A DNA stretch of 24,128 nucleotides from a virus (IMGVR_UViG_3300048577_000580:1-24128), one strand, 5' to 3'; shown: positions 1 through 8,447, numbered from the stretch's first letter. A program made the numbers and translations. Notes: a model not told the origin generated them from the sequence alone.

Positions 1-174
1 GTCGGTGACCCAGCGGCCGGCCTTCGCACCGCTCTTCGTGGTGAGGTGGATCTTCGCGTCGGACCACTGGCTGACGGTCAGGTTTTCCCGCGGGGCGATG
101 GCATTCGCGGCGATGCGCTGAAGCAACGCACGCACGTCGGCATAGCCCTCGCGTGTGACCAGCGTTGATTGCAT
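1..174 (-). CDS. terL: Terminase large subunit (lambda GpA family), N-terminal part, truncated by window edge
   Basis: Hand translation from ATG at 174: MQSTLVTREGYADVRALLQRIAANAIAPRENLTVSQWSDAKIHLTTKSGAKAGRWVTD. LTVSQW.D...GRW.T is the typical GpA N-terminal pattern, and the gene lies downstream of terS. Confidence 0.85.
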   Translation of the reverse strand, partial: MQSTLVTREGYADVRALLQRIAANAIAPRENLTVSQWSDAKIHLTTKSGAKAGRWVTD

Positions 175-181
175 CAGGCGC

Positions 182-400
182 TCACTTGTTCTTCGCTTTT
201 GCGAGCGCGTGACTGCATCGAGGCGGCAGCATCCCCCGCGCGCGCATCAGGGCTTGCGGAGAAGGCGCCTTAGGCATGCCATCTATGTCAAGGCATTCGC
301 CAACCAACTCATCCAGTGCGCCGGACACAACAGCGACTGCCGCCTTCAGAACACTTACATCGGCATCCGCCGACGACATCGGCGCTTCACCGTTCTTCAT
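182..400 (-). CDS. Small hypothetical phage protein
   Basis: ORF track 182..403. Likely ATG at 400 (TGATG overlap with the radical SAM stop) or at 379. Fills the gap before terL. Confidence 0.65.
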   Translation of the reverse strand: MKNGEAPMSSADADVSVLKAAVAVVSGALDELVGECLDIDGMPKAPSPQALMRARGMLPPRCSHALAKAKNK

Positions 401-1791
401 CAAGAGATCCGTCCGGGCTGGGGTGGCGGGGCAGCCTCAGCCGCCCCGCTTTCTGCTAGGTGCCGCGGTACTTCGGCGAGTACGGGGCGCTGCGCTTGCG
501 GACCATCTGGCCCTTGCGCGTGCTGTACTTGCCGCTGCTCTTCTGTCGAGCAGAGTGGTTCTCGGCCATCGCACTTCCTTTCCAGTGGGTGGTTGAGGAA
601 GGTCACGTCGGAATGCCCCACTTCCCATTCCGCGAACCCGTCTTTCGACACCGCCATGAGGGGCACGCCGTCAAGGTCGGCGGCGTGCGCGTCGTCGTAC
701 AGCACGCGGGCGAAGCAGGCGTGCCGGAACCGCGTCGGGAATTCGTCGAAGCGCCAGATGAAGGCGTTCGCCTCTGCCTGGCTGTGCGCCCGCGTGTCCT
801 CGCCGGCATTGCGAACGCTGCGCCCGAAGCCGTTCAGGAACTCTTTCCAGATGGCGCGCGGGCGCTTCAGGCCGATATCGGCCCAGGCGTTGAACTCCGC
901 CAGGTCGATGGCGAGCGGCTGGCCACCGGCCGCCAGATCGCAGTCGCGCACCAGCGCATCGACCGTTGGCGACCACGGGTAGCCGAGGCGGTCGAACCAC
1001 TCGTCCCAGAAGCCCAGCTTGTTCGAGACGCCGCCGGAGAACAGGTTGAAGCCCATGGCCTCGACGCGGTCGAGCGCGGCGGCGTAGTCCTTCGCGTCGG
1101 GCGCGACCTTCTTCGACGCGTAGTCGATCAGATCGGAATGCTTGGCCTTCGCCTTGTCGGACATGGCGCTGATCTGCCAGCGCGACAGATGCATGGCCTG
1201 GTGCCACACGTGCGTGACGCCCCAGCCTGCCAGCTGCTCGAAGCAGGCGTCGACGTCGGCCCACCACTTGGGCACGAAGGGGTTGAGCCCGATCACCACC
1301 ATGTGGCCGGCTTCGCGCAGCCGGCGGATGAACTGCATGCGCTGCGCATGCGGCGGCGCGCCCGGCTCATGCCGCTGGCGCACCATTTCGTCGTCGGTGG
1401 TCAGCGACACATACACCATCGTCGGCGCCTGATCGATGATGCGCTGTTCCTCTTCCGGCACGCCGCCGCGCGTCTGGTACGCGAAGCGCACGCCCAGCGG
1501 CGAAAGCGCCTCGACGATGCAGCGGTGCACCGCCGCGTTGCTCTTCGCGCAGGGGTCGCTGTCGTTGCTCATCAGGATCGGGTGACCCATCTGCAGCAGT
1601 TCGAACTCCATGGCGGTGGAACCGGTGTCGAACCACTTCAGCACGCGCGCGATGTCGTTCGGCTCCGACACGCGATCGGGCTTGTTCAGGTTCGCGAAGC
1701 AGTACGCGCAGCCGTGCGTGCACCAGTTGCCGCCGAAGTGCAGCAGTGCTGGGGAGATCAGGTATTCGCCGGTGTAGATGCGAAGGCTCAT
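400..1791 (-). CDS. Radical SAM enzyme, spore-photoproduct-lyase (SPL)-like family
   Basis: True start MSLRIY at 1791 (ATGA overlap with the MTase stop). CxxxCxxC motif CTHGCAYC, SNDSDP, and VSLTTDD...EPGAPP...R...L..AG..V...NPFVP resemble SPL/Rv2578c-type radical SAM proteins. Confidence 0.85.
   Translation of the reverse strand: MSLRIYTGEYLISPALLHFGGNWCTHGCAYCFANLNKPDRVSEPNDIARVLKWFDTGSTAMEFELLQMGHPILMSNDSDPCAKSNAAVHRCIVEALSPLGVRFAYQTRGGVPEEEQRIIDQAPTMVYVSLTTDDEMVRQRHEPGAPPHAQRMQFIRRLREAGHMVVIGLNPFVPKWWADVDACFEQLAGWGVTHVWHQAMHLSRWQISAMSDKAKAKHSDLIDYASKKVAPDAKDYAAALDRVEAMGFNLFSGGVSNKLGFWDEWFDRLGYPWSPTVDALVRDCDLAAGGQPLAIDLAEFNAWADIGLKRPRAIWKEFLNGFGRSVRNAGEDTRAHSQAEANAFIWRFDEFPTRFRHACFARVLYDDAHAADLDGVPLMAVSKDGFAEWEVGHSDVTFLNHPLERKCDGREPLCSTEEQRQVQHAQGPDGPQAQRPVLAEVPRHLAESGAAEAAPPPQPGRIS
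426..449 (-). terminator. GC-rich hairpin just after the peptide gene (terminator, processing or stability element)
   Basis: Minus strand GCGGGGCGGC-TGAG-GCTGCCCCGC: 10-bp stem with one G-U pair, 6 nt after the peptide stop. No U-tract on the minus strand. Confidence 0.5.
456..569 (-). CDS. 37-aa Lys/Arg/Ser/Tyr-rich peptide nested out of frame in the radical SAM 3' end
   Basis: MAENHSARQKSSGKYSTRKGQMVRKRSAPYSPKYRGT*. AAGGA RBS 6 nt upstream, codons 9-37 all end in G/C, hairpin follows the stop. Confidence 0.75.
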   Translation of the reverse strand: MAENHSARQKSSGKYSTRKGQMVRKRSAPYSPKYRGT

Positions 1792-2930
1792 GTGCAGGGC
1801 TCCAATGGCAGGCCGGCGGTGACGCCGCGCAGGCGGTCGTTCTGCAGTGCCGCGTTGTCGGGATTCAGTTCGCAGCCGATGAACTGGCGGCCGAGCCGCA
1901 GGGCCACGCGTCCGGTTGTTCCAGTGCCAAAGAACGGATCGAAGATGATGTCGCCCGGGCGGCTGCCGGCGAGGACGCACGGCTCGACCAGCGCTTCGGG
2001 GAATGTGGCGAAGTGCGCGCCGCTGTAGGCCTGCGTCGGAATCGTCCAGACGCTGCGTCGATTGCGGCGAGATACATCCCACTCGCTTTCGGCGCGGTCC
2101 GGCCGATGCGTGCCGACGGCCTGCCCGGGTATAGCCTGCTCGCGCTTGCTGTCCTCGCGCTTGAAGGAATCGCGACGGCTTCTCGGTTTCGGAGTGGCGT
2201 CGTAGCCGTGACCGAATCCCACACCGGTGGAGCCGCGTCCCACCGCCTTCATGTTGCCGTTCGTCTTTGCTCCGCCGTTGGCGCGAGTGCTGCCCGTTTG
2301 ATTGGCTACATCCTGGGCAAGCCGCGCCAGTGTGTTCGGGCTGGCCGGCTCCAGAATGGCGTCCTGATCGAAGTAGTACTTCTCCGATCTAGTCATGAGA
2401 AACAGGTATTCATGCGACTTCGTGCAGCGGTCACGCACCGATTCCGGCATCGGATTCGGCTTCGACCAGATGATGTCCTGACGCAGATACCAGCCGGCGT
2501 CTTGCAGCGCGAACGCGAGGCGCCAGGGCTGGCCGATCAGGTCTTTGGGCTTGAGGCCATGCGGGACTGTCTTCCCACTTCTGTTTCTCGCTTGTTCAGC
2601 ACGATGCCCGCCGCCGGAATACTTCACGGCTCTCCCGGCAAAACCGGTGTTGAGCCCGCTTCTGCCGTTTGCTGCGTAGCTGTCGCCCATATTCAGCCAG
2701 AGGGTTCCGTCGTCCGTCAGCAGCTGACGGCACAGGTCGAACACCTCGACGAGCTGGGCAAGAAATTCGGGCAGCGTCGGCTCCAGCCCGATTTGTCCGT
2801 CGACGCCGTAGTCGCGCAGGCCCCAGTACGGCGGACTGGTGACGATGCACTGCACGCGCACGCCGTCGGCGATCATGCGGCGCATCGTGTCGCGGCAGTC
2901 ACCGAAGTGGCATTGATTCAGCCAGCCCAT
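1788..2930 (-). CDS. DNA methyltransferase, beta-class N4-cytosine/N6-adenine
   Basis: Catalytic VTSPPY near the N-terminus, SAM-binding DPFFGTGTT near the C-terminus, IIWSKPNPMPES and HFATFP motifs. Confidence 0.93.
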   Translation of the reverse strand: MGWLNQCHFGDCRDTMRRMIADGVRVQCIVTSPPYWGLRDYGVDGQIGLEPTLPEFLAQLVEVFDLCRQLLTDDGTLWLNMGDSYAANGRSGLNTGFAGRAVKYSGGGHRAEQARNRSGKTVPHGLKPKDLIGQPWRLAFALQDAGWYLRQDIIWSKPNPMPESVRDRCTKSHEYLFLMTRSEKYYFDQDAILEPASPNTLARLAQDVANQTGSTRANGGAKTNGNMKAVGRGSTGVGFGHGYDATPKPRSRRDSFKREDSKREQAIPGQAVGTHRPDRAESEWDVSRRNRRSVWTIPTQAYSGAHFATFPEALVEPCVLAGSRPGDIIFDPFFGTGTTGRVALRLGRQFIGCELNPDNAALQNDRLRGVTAGLPLEPCT

Positions 2931-2931
2931 G

Positions 2932-3624
2932 TCAGATGCCCCTCATCAGCACGTCGGCGTCCGACATGTCGTGTTCGTCCTTGAAGGCCTGCAGGCGGTC
3001 GTACTGGGCGCGGTTCAGGCTGATCATGACCGGATAGACGGTCGGCTTCTTCGGCTGCGGCTTGGCAGCGGTGGCCGCGCCGGTAGTGGCGGGGGCCGGG
3101 GCGCTGCCTTCGGCGTCGCGCTGGTGAGCGGCGTTCGCGTCGACGGTGCGTTCGTCTTCGTCCAGCGCGCTCAGGGCGTCGTCGAAGTCGAGGCCCAAGC
3201 GATCGAAGTCGAAGTCGTCCAGTTCGCTCTGTTCGCTCAGTGCATCCAGTTCGCCGCGCAGGATTTCGGCATCCCAGTCGCCGCCTTCGGCAAGCCGGTT
3301 GTCCGCGATGACGTAGGCGCGGAACTGGGATTCGGTCCAGCCGGTGACGTCGAGCACCGGCACGGTGCCGGCCGGAAAGGGTTCGGCGCCTTGCTCCCGG
3401 CCCGGTGCCGGGTAGAGCAGCCCGCCGCGGGCGTAGATCGATTCGACTGCCTTCAGGCTGCCGTGCCCCTTGGCGATGGTGCCGTCGCGCACGACGATGG
3501 CGCCGACGAAGCCCAGCGCTTCGAAGGTGCGGGCCAGCTGCTCGATCTGTTCCGGCGGGTGGCGCTTGGCGTTGCCGGCGTAGGGGCGCAGATCAACCAC
3601 CGGGCGCAGTTCAGGCGCGTTCAT
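2932..3624 (-). CDS. ParB/Srx N-terminal domain protein (phage packaging-region type)
   Basis: LRPYAGNAKRHP..QIEQLA...GF...IVV....IAKGHG and RAYVIADNRLAE...WD motifs. ATGA-coupled to terS. Confidence 0.88.
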   Translation of the reverse strand: MNAPELRPVVDLRPYAGNAKRHPPEQIEQLARTFEALGFVGAIVVRDGTIAKGHGSLKAVESIYARGGLLYPAPGREQGAEPFPAGTVPVLDVTGWTESQFRAYVIADNRLAEGGDWDAEILRGELDALSEQSELDDFDFDRLGLDFDDALSALDEDERTVDANAAHQRDAEGSAPAPATTGAATAAKPQPKKPTVYPVMISLNRAQYDRLQAFKDEHDMSDADVLMRGI

Positions 3625-4217
3625 TGCGGGGTTCCCTTCTTCGGTTTGAGGGTGTCGGAGGTTTCGCGCAGCACGCCTTCGACGAATTCGTCGATCAGGG
3701 CCTTGCAGGCGCTCGGCTCGCTGACCGGTGCGACGAGCGGGGCCAGCGTGGTGCCCATGCCTTCGAGCCGGCGGCGCAGCGCGGTGACCAGGTCAGCGGC
3801 GGCGGCTTCGATGTCGGCCACGGGGGCGAGCTTGCCGACAAGCCGTTCGTACTCGACCTTGGCGGTCATGGCCTTGTACTTCTCGTTGATGGCCTTGGCC
3901 TTCTGGAAGCCGTGGTCATTCGAGGCCGGCACCACTGCGCCGCGGTCGTCGTCGTCGACGCGGTCGGTGGCGGGGTTGCCCGTATCGCCCGTGACGACGT
4001 CGTGCCCACGTGCAGCGGCGTGCCGGGCCGCCACGCCGCTGCGGGACGGGTCGCGGGTGCTGTCGATCAGTGCAACCGATTCGGCGACCTTCACGGCCTT
4101 GCCGTCGTCGGTGAGCACCAGGCGGCCAGCCTTGCGCAGTTCGGTGATGTAGGAGGGCCGGACGCCGATATGGCGGGCGAATTCGGCGAACCCCATTTCC
4201 GGCTTCGCTTCGCTCAT
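3621..4217 (-). CDS. terS: Terminase small subunit (Nu1-like)
   Basis: N-terminal wHTH (FAEFARHIGVRPSYITELRKAGRL), then coiled coil with AKVEYERLVGKLAPVADI. Located upstream of GpA-type terL. Confidence 0.78.
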   Translation of the reverse strand: MSEAKPEMGFAEFARHIGVRPSYITELRKAGRLVLTDDGKAVKVAESVALIDSTRDPSRSGVAARHAAARGHDVVTGDTGNPATDRVDDDDRGAVVPASNDHGFQKAKAINEKYKAMTAKVEYERLVGKLAPVADIEAAAADLVTALRRRLEGMGTTLAPLVAPVSEPSACKALIDEFVEGVLRETSDTLKPKKGTPQ

Positions 4218-4249
4218 CGCTTCTCACCTTTCACCACTACCCACACCTT

Positions 4250-4516
4250 TGTGCAGGGTGTGTAGGGTGATGTGTAGGGTACGAGGCTGGCGGAAACCCG
4301 CATGGATTCTGGAATGTGCAGGGTGTGCAGGGTGTGCAGGGTCGCGTGTACGCGAGAAATCGATTTTTCTCTGGAATGAGGGAGGCGGCGCTGTGCGCTC
4401 TCGCGTGTACACGCGCGCGGAGTCCCTGCACACCCTGCACAATGGCGACGGCAAGCCGTTTGCGGGCGATTCGTACCCTGCACAGTACCCTGCACAGGCC
4501 CTGCACACCCTGCACA
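4250..4516. repeat. Iteron array, putative phage replication origin
   Basis: Six TGTGYAGGG copies (4250, 4259, 4271, 4315, 4324, 4333) face six CCCTGCACA copies (4424, 4433, 4476, 4488, 4499, 4508) around a short AT-rich core, directly downstream of the primase-helicase. Confidence 0.8.
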
Positions 4517-4523
4517 GTTCAGG

Positions 4524-6947
4524 TCAGAATCCCGCACGGCTCAGTCCTTGCTTGTAGTCGTTGAGGGCGTTGCGGAAGGCCTCGATGCAGTCGGAGAAGA
4601 ACACCTGCTGACTGCTGCCCGGCGGCTCCTCGTCGACACCTGGCGGGAAGATGAAGGTGCTCTGCTTCGTGGTTGTGCCGACCATGTGCCGCTTGCGCTT
4701 GTGGCCGCACCGGTGCTTCTTCACCAGCGCATCGATGAGCTTGTTGAGCGGCGCGCCACGGCCGATGCCGTTGCGATGGCACCAGGCGACATAGAGCTGA
4801 TAGACGTCTTCCGACAGCGCCGGCATGAGGCCGACGCCGCCGATCTCGCCGGCCGTCCAGTGCATCAGGAAGCGGCTGGTCGAGTCGCGTGACAGGTCGA
4901 TCAGTTCGGCCTTCGCCTCGGTCATCGGCGGCAGCGTATGGGCGGCGAAATTGCCCATGGGCAGGTTCAGCAGGTGGTCATGCAGCGCGGCAATGCCGCC
5001 CGCTTGTATCTCGGCCTTCACGGCGGAATAGAAGTCGGGGCCCAGCTTCACCGGCGTCCAGATGACCGCGTGCCGCCGGTCGTCCTCTTCGAGCACGACG
5101 GGCATGCGTTCGTTGGAGAGGAAAACCATGTTGACGTGGTTCGCCTCCCAGTACGCCTGCATGTTCTTCGGGTTGATGCGGATCTGGTCGTTCGTGATGA
5201 ACGACTTCAGCTTGTTCTTGATGTGAAACATTTCGGACCGCGCGACCACTTCGTCGGCGATCAGGAAGAGCTTGCGCGAGGCCCAGTCGTTGAACTTGTC
5301 CTCAATGGCCGACTGGTCGATCACCCAGCCATATCGCCCGTAGATGGCCATCACGGCTTCGAAGAACATGTTCTTGCCGGTGCCCTGCGGGCCGTGGATG
5401 ACGACCGTGGTCTTCATCTTCGCGCCGGGGTGCTGGATCGGGTAGGCGATCCAGCGCAGCACCCATTGGTATAGCTCTTCGGCCTTCGGATCGGCCTGGC
5501 ACATGTACTGCAGCAGATCGAGCAGGTTTTCGCACTTGCCGGCCTTGGGCACGGTCGGCCAGCCGGACCACAGGTTGCATTTGATGGCCGGGTCCTCTTC
5601 GCCCGGATCGAATCCGACCTCTTCAACGCGCACGATCTTGCGCGACGGATGCTCTTGCCATCGCCGCGAGAACTCGCGCCGCGTGCAGAGATCGCGCATG
5701 TCAGACAGCGTGACCAGGATGTGTTCCTGATGATCGAACACCGATCCGCCGTGGCCGTAGACGAGCGAGAATCGATCGAGCAGCGTTTCGACGCTCTCGA
5801 CCGGCCGCAGATCGGCGCTCGCCGCCCCACCCCCCCGAGTGTCCGAGTCCCGCGCGGCGGCGGGCGCGGTCCAGTTGAACCGCCTGATCGCGTCCTCGAC
5901 CTGCGAACGCACCGTGGTGAGGCCGCAGGCGTGGTGCAGGTCGTTGAAGTCGGTGATCTTCGTGCCGCGCTCGCAGAACTGCTCCCAGCGCTGCATGTCA
6001 TCGGGGAATTCGGGCTTGATCCACTTGCCTTCGACGGTCAGCGCAGCGGTCGCGGCGTCGCGGCAGCCGGTGTTCTCTCGACGGTGCGGCTTGCCGCAGG
6101 CCGGGCACGGGTCATCCAGCCGGCCGGTCTTGACCGGCGCCTTGCAGCCCTGGCACTTGCCGAATGCGTCGTCGTCCGCACAGATCAGGATGTTGATGCC
6201 GGGGTAGCGCTTGCGCAGCACGCGCGCCACCGGAAGCAGGTTGCCGGCGTCGAAGGTCACAGCCACCGGCAGGCCGGTCGCTTCGTGCAGACTGGCGGCC
6301 GTCGCGTAGCCTTCAGCGAGGAGCACGCACCAGGTCGGCACGCCGCCCAGAAGGTGGAACTTCCCGATCTTGTCCAGGCCGGCGGGCCAGTATTCCTTGT
6401 CGCGCTCCGTCCGGGCGATGCGTTTGGCGTGCTTGGCACGGGTAAGGATAAACTGCAGACCCCACACGCGCCCGCTCACGTCCATCATCGGCACGGCCAT
6501 CGCGCCCGAAGGCGTGAATTTCACGCCGTGCGCCTTGACGCCCTTGCGCTCCAGGTAGTCGCACTCGCCCGTGGTGGCGAGCTTGCGCCACACGCGGTCC
6601 GCCTGCTCCGCCGCCCGGTTCGCCTGCGCCCGGCGTTCCTGCTCCGCGCGCTTCTGGTCGTCCTTCAGCCGCTGGCGCAGCGCGGCCTGCTGCTCATCGG
6701 TGAGCGCGTTGCGCTCGAGCGTGACCTTCTGCGCTCCCTTGTCGTTGCCACGCCAGACCCCGAACGACCCGACGACGACCAGGTCGCCGCCGTCCAGCAT
6801 CAGTTCGTGCAGGACGTACCAGCCCCGCTTCTCGCGCTCCCCTTCGACCTTGCAGCGGACCGGCTTCCCCGTGACCTTCAGGTACTCGACGATCAGCCCC
6901 GCGGCGCGGAGCTGTGACAGCACGGAATCGTGATTCGACACCCCCAT
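4524..6947 (-). CDS. DNA primase-helicase (Toprim + DUF5906/SF3 helicase; P4 alpha/TraC-like)
   Basis: Toprim AEGYATA...FDAGNL...ICADDD and TDFNDL; Walker A GPQGTGKN; Walker B LFLIADE. Likely ATG at 6947. Confidence 0.92.
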   Translation of the reverse strand: MGVSNHDSVLSQLRAAGLIVEYLKVTGKPVRCKVEGEREKRGWYVLHELMLDGGDLVVVGSFGVWRGNDKGAQKVTLERNALTDEQQAALRQRLKDDQKRAEQERRAQANRAAEQADRVWRKLATTGECDYLERKGVKAHGVKFTPSGAMAVPMMDVSGRVWGLQFILTRAKHAKRIARTERDKEYWPAGLDKIGKFHLLGGVPTWCVLLAEGYATAASLHEATGLPVAVTFDAGNLLPVARVLRKRYPGINILICADDDAFGKCQGCKAPVKTGRLDDPCPACGKPHRRENTGCRDAATAALTVEGKWIKPEFPDDMQRWEQFCERGTKITDFNDLHHACGLTTVRSQVEDAIRRFNWTAPAAARDSDTRGGGAASADLRPVESVETLLDRFSLVYGHGGSVFDHQEHILVTLSDMRDLCTRREFSRRWQEHPSRKIVRVEEVGFDPGEEDPAIKCNLWSGWPTVPKAGKCENLLDLLQYMCQADPKAEELYQWVLRWIAYPIQHPGAKMKTTVVIHGPQGTGKNMFFEAVMAIYGRYGWVIDQSAIEDKFNDWASRKLFLIADEVVARSEMFHIKNKLKSFITNDQIRINPKNMQAYWEANHVNMVFLSNERMPVVLEEDDRRHAVIWTPVKLGPDFYSAVKAEIQAGGIAALHDHLLNLPMGNFAAHTLPPMTEAKAELIDLSRDSTSRFLMHWTAGEIGGVGLMPALSEDVYQLYVAWCHRNGIGRGAPLNKLIDALVKKHRCGHKRKRHMVGTTTKQSTFIFPPGVDEEPPGSSQQVFFSDCIEAFRNALNDYKQGLSRAGF

Positions 6948-6984
6948 TTCAGTAACTTTCACCCCCACTGACTACAGGGCTTGA

Positions 6985-7026
6985 GGGGTTCGCATTACCC
7001 TGTTCAGGGGCTTCGGGGAAGGACCC
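6985..7026 (-). other. Candidate cosQ/cosN packaging site
   Basis: Minus strand ACGGGTCCTT contains the lambda cosQ heptamer GGGTCCT (7026-7020). It is followed 19 nt later by the quasi-palindrome GGGTAATGCGAACCCC. The site is intergenic and the phage has a GpA-type terminase. Confidence 0.55.
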
Positions 7027-7173
7027 GTCACCGGTGCCCGATGCCCCTGCGCGGGGCGTGACTGAAATCGAATGCGTCGCGACGCGCAGCGCTGTCCTAT
7101 GACTCGGGGAGGCGGGGCGGGACGGGTGGTGTACAGGGGCGCGAAGGCCCGAGGTGTGCATCATGTGAGGGCC

Positions 7174-8061
7174 TTATCGCAGGTAGCGCAGGAAGTCGCG
7201 GCCTAGGCGCGTGGGCAGGTCCATATCGCGGGCGACCGCGAGGATGTCCACGCGCTGGCGATAGCGCGTCGAGGGCACGAACTTGAAGATGCAGCGCAGG
7301 GTGCTGCCATGGATGCCCGTGCGGGCGTAGATGCCGGGGGGCAGGTGCTGCATCCGGCCGGACTTCCATGTGCGTGCGCCGGTGAACTCGCCACGCCCGC
7401 GGCTGATGAAGTACTCGACGCCGGCAATGGTCTTGACCTTCCGCGCCTGACGAGAAGCGATGTCGGTGTACTCGACAACGCCCTTCCCTGCCCTGCGCTT
7501 GCGTGTGCGCTCGGATGCATTGGCGCGGTAGCCCTGCTCCCCGAACGCCTGGAAATAGCTGATCAGCTGCACGATCAGGCCCGGGCTCACGTTGCCGTAT
7601 CCGTTGAGCCTCACCCCACCGCCGGGCACGGCATGCCAGCCAGGCGGCAGCACACCGATGCGACGCAGCGCGCGCTCGAATCCAGTGAATGCGGGCTCGC
7701 CCCCGGTGAACTGGTGACCAATGGTGTCGAACGGTTCGAGGCCCTGCTTGTTCGCATCGTGACTCAGACGGACATGCGCCTCGATGCGGCCGCTGGGGGC
7801 CGGGGATGGCAGCCCCATGATGCGGTACGTATCCGCCTGCATCGCCGCACGTGCGCCCGCCTTGTCGACCACGAAGGCGCGCAGCGTGTAGGGCGTGGGC
7901 CGGTCGAAGCTGCTGGCCATCGTGGCCTGAAGCTGCTTGCGGTAGCCGAAGGCGTTGTCGTTCAGCGCGCGCATTGCGGCTGCCGGCACGCGATCGCGCT
8001 GCATCTGAGTGAGGAAGCGGTCCAGTTCGCCAAGGTCGAACGACACTTCGCTACGGATCAC
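7174..8061 (-). CDS. Conserved prophage protein (possibly GpZ/minor-tail-like), basic
   Basis: 295-aa ORF, GTGA-coupled to the upstream gene. VPAAAMRALND...FDRPTPYTLRA pattern seen in genes that precede cos/terS. Confidence 0.65.
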   Translation of the reverse strand: MIRSEVSFDLGELDRFLTQMQRDRVPAAAMRALNDNAFGYRKQLQATMASSFDRPTPYTLRAFVVDKAGARAAMQADTYRIMGLPSPAPSGRIEAHVRLSHDANKQGLEPFDTIGHQFTGGEPAFTGFERALRRIGVLPPGWHAVPGGGVRLNGYGNVSPGLIVQLISYFQAFGEQGYRANASERTRKRRAGKGVVEYTDIASRQARKVKTIAGVEYFISRGRGEFTGARTWKSGRMQHLPPGIYARTGIHGSTLRCIFKFVPSTRYRQRVDILAVARDMDLPTRLGRDFLRYLR

Positions 8062-8447
8062 GCCACGCGCCTCGCTGACTGCAGCCGCTGCAGCGTCGCA
8101 ATCGCGGTCGCCAGTTGTGCGCTGGTCGTCTCGATCACCGATGTAATGCGGTCGACTTCCTCCTCGCGCGTGACCGGGCGCACTTCGTAGCCCACATCTG
8201 CACCGATGAACTGGAACGCAGCGTGGAAGCCGGCGTCACGCGCAGCGCGCAGGATGAACAACACCTGCGAAAGCTCGAGCTTTTCCGAACGGCCGGCGTT
8301 GAGACAGTCCTGCAGCAGTCGCGCTGCAGCGTCGGGCGTCTTGTCGGGCCAGAGCATTGGACCGACTTTCTTTGGCCCGCCAATCGCCCGGACAGCCTCG
8401 CGCAAGGCGTCTTCCGGGCCTTCGAAGAACGGCATTTCAGTCTGCAT
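8058..8447 (-). CDS. CII-like transcriptional regulator
   Basis: 129 aa downstream of cro. HTH-like GGPKKVGPMLWP...L.DCLN..R.EKL plus C-terminal coiled coil. Confidence 0.65.
   Translation of the reverse strand: MQTEMPFFEGPEDALREAVRAIGGPKKVGPMLWPDKTPDAAARLLQDCLNAGRSEKLELSQVLFILRAARDAGFHAAFQFIGADVGYEVRPVTREEEVDRITSVIETTSAQLATAIATLQRLQSARRVA

Noticed and set aside
400-1791. Classical SPASM/twitch RiPP maturase cluster
   Set aside because: No Cys-rich auxiliary-cluster domain, RRE, protease or transporter is visible. The motifs are SPL-like, so peptide modification remains only one hypothesis.
1792-2082. N-terminal 97 aa of ORF 400..2082
   Set aside because: Overlaps the MTase out of frame. 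The ATGA-coupled start at 1791 fits the radical SAM domain.
4250-4516. Repeats as a CRISPR array, or the short ORFs across them as genes
   Set aside because: The units are 9 bp, tandem and inverted, with no spacers or cas genes. The ORFs are just translations of the repeats.
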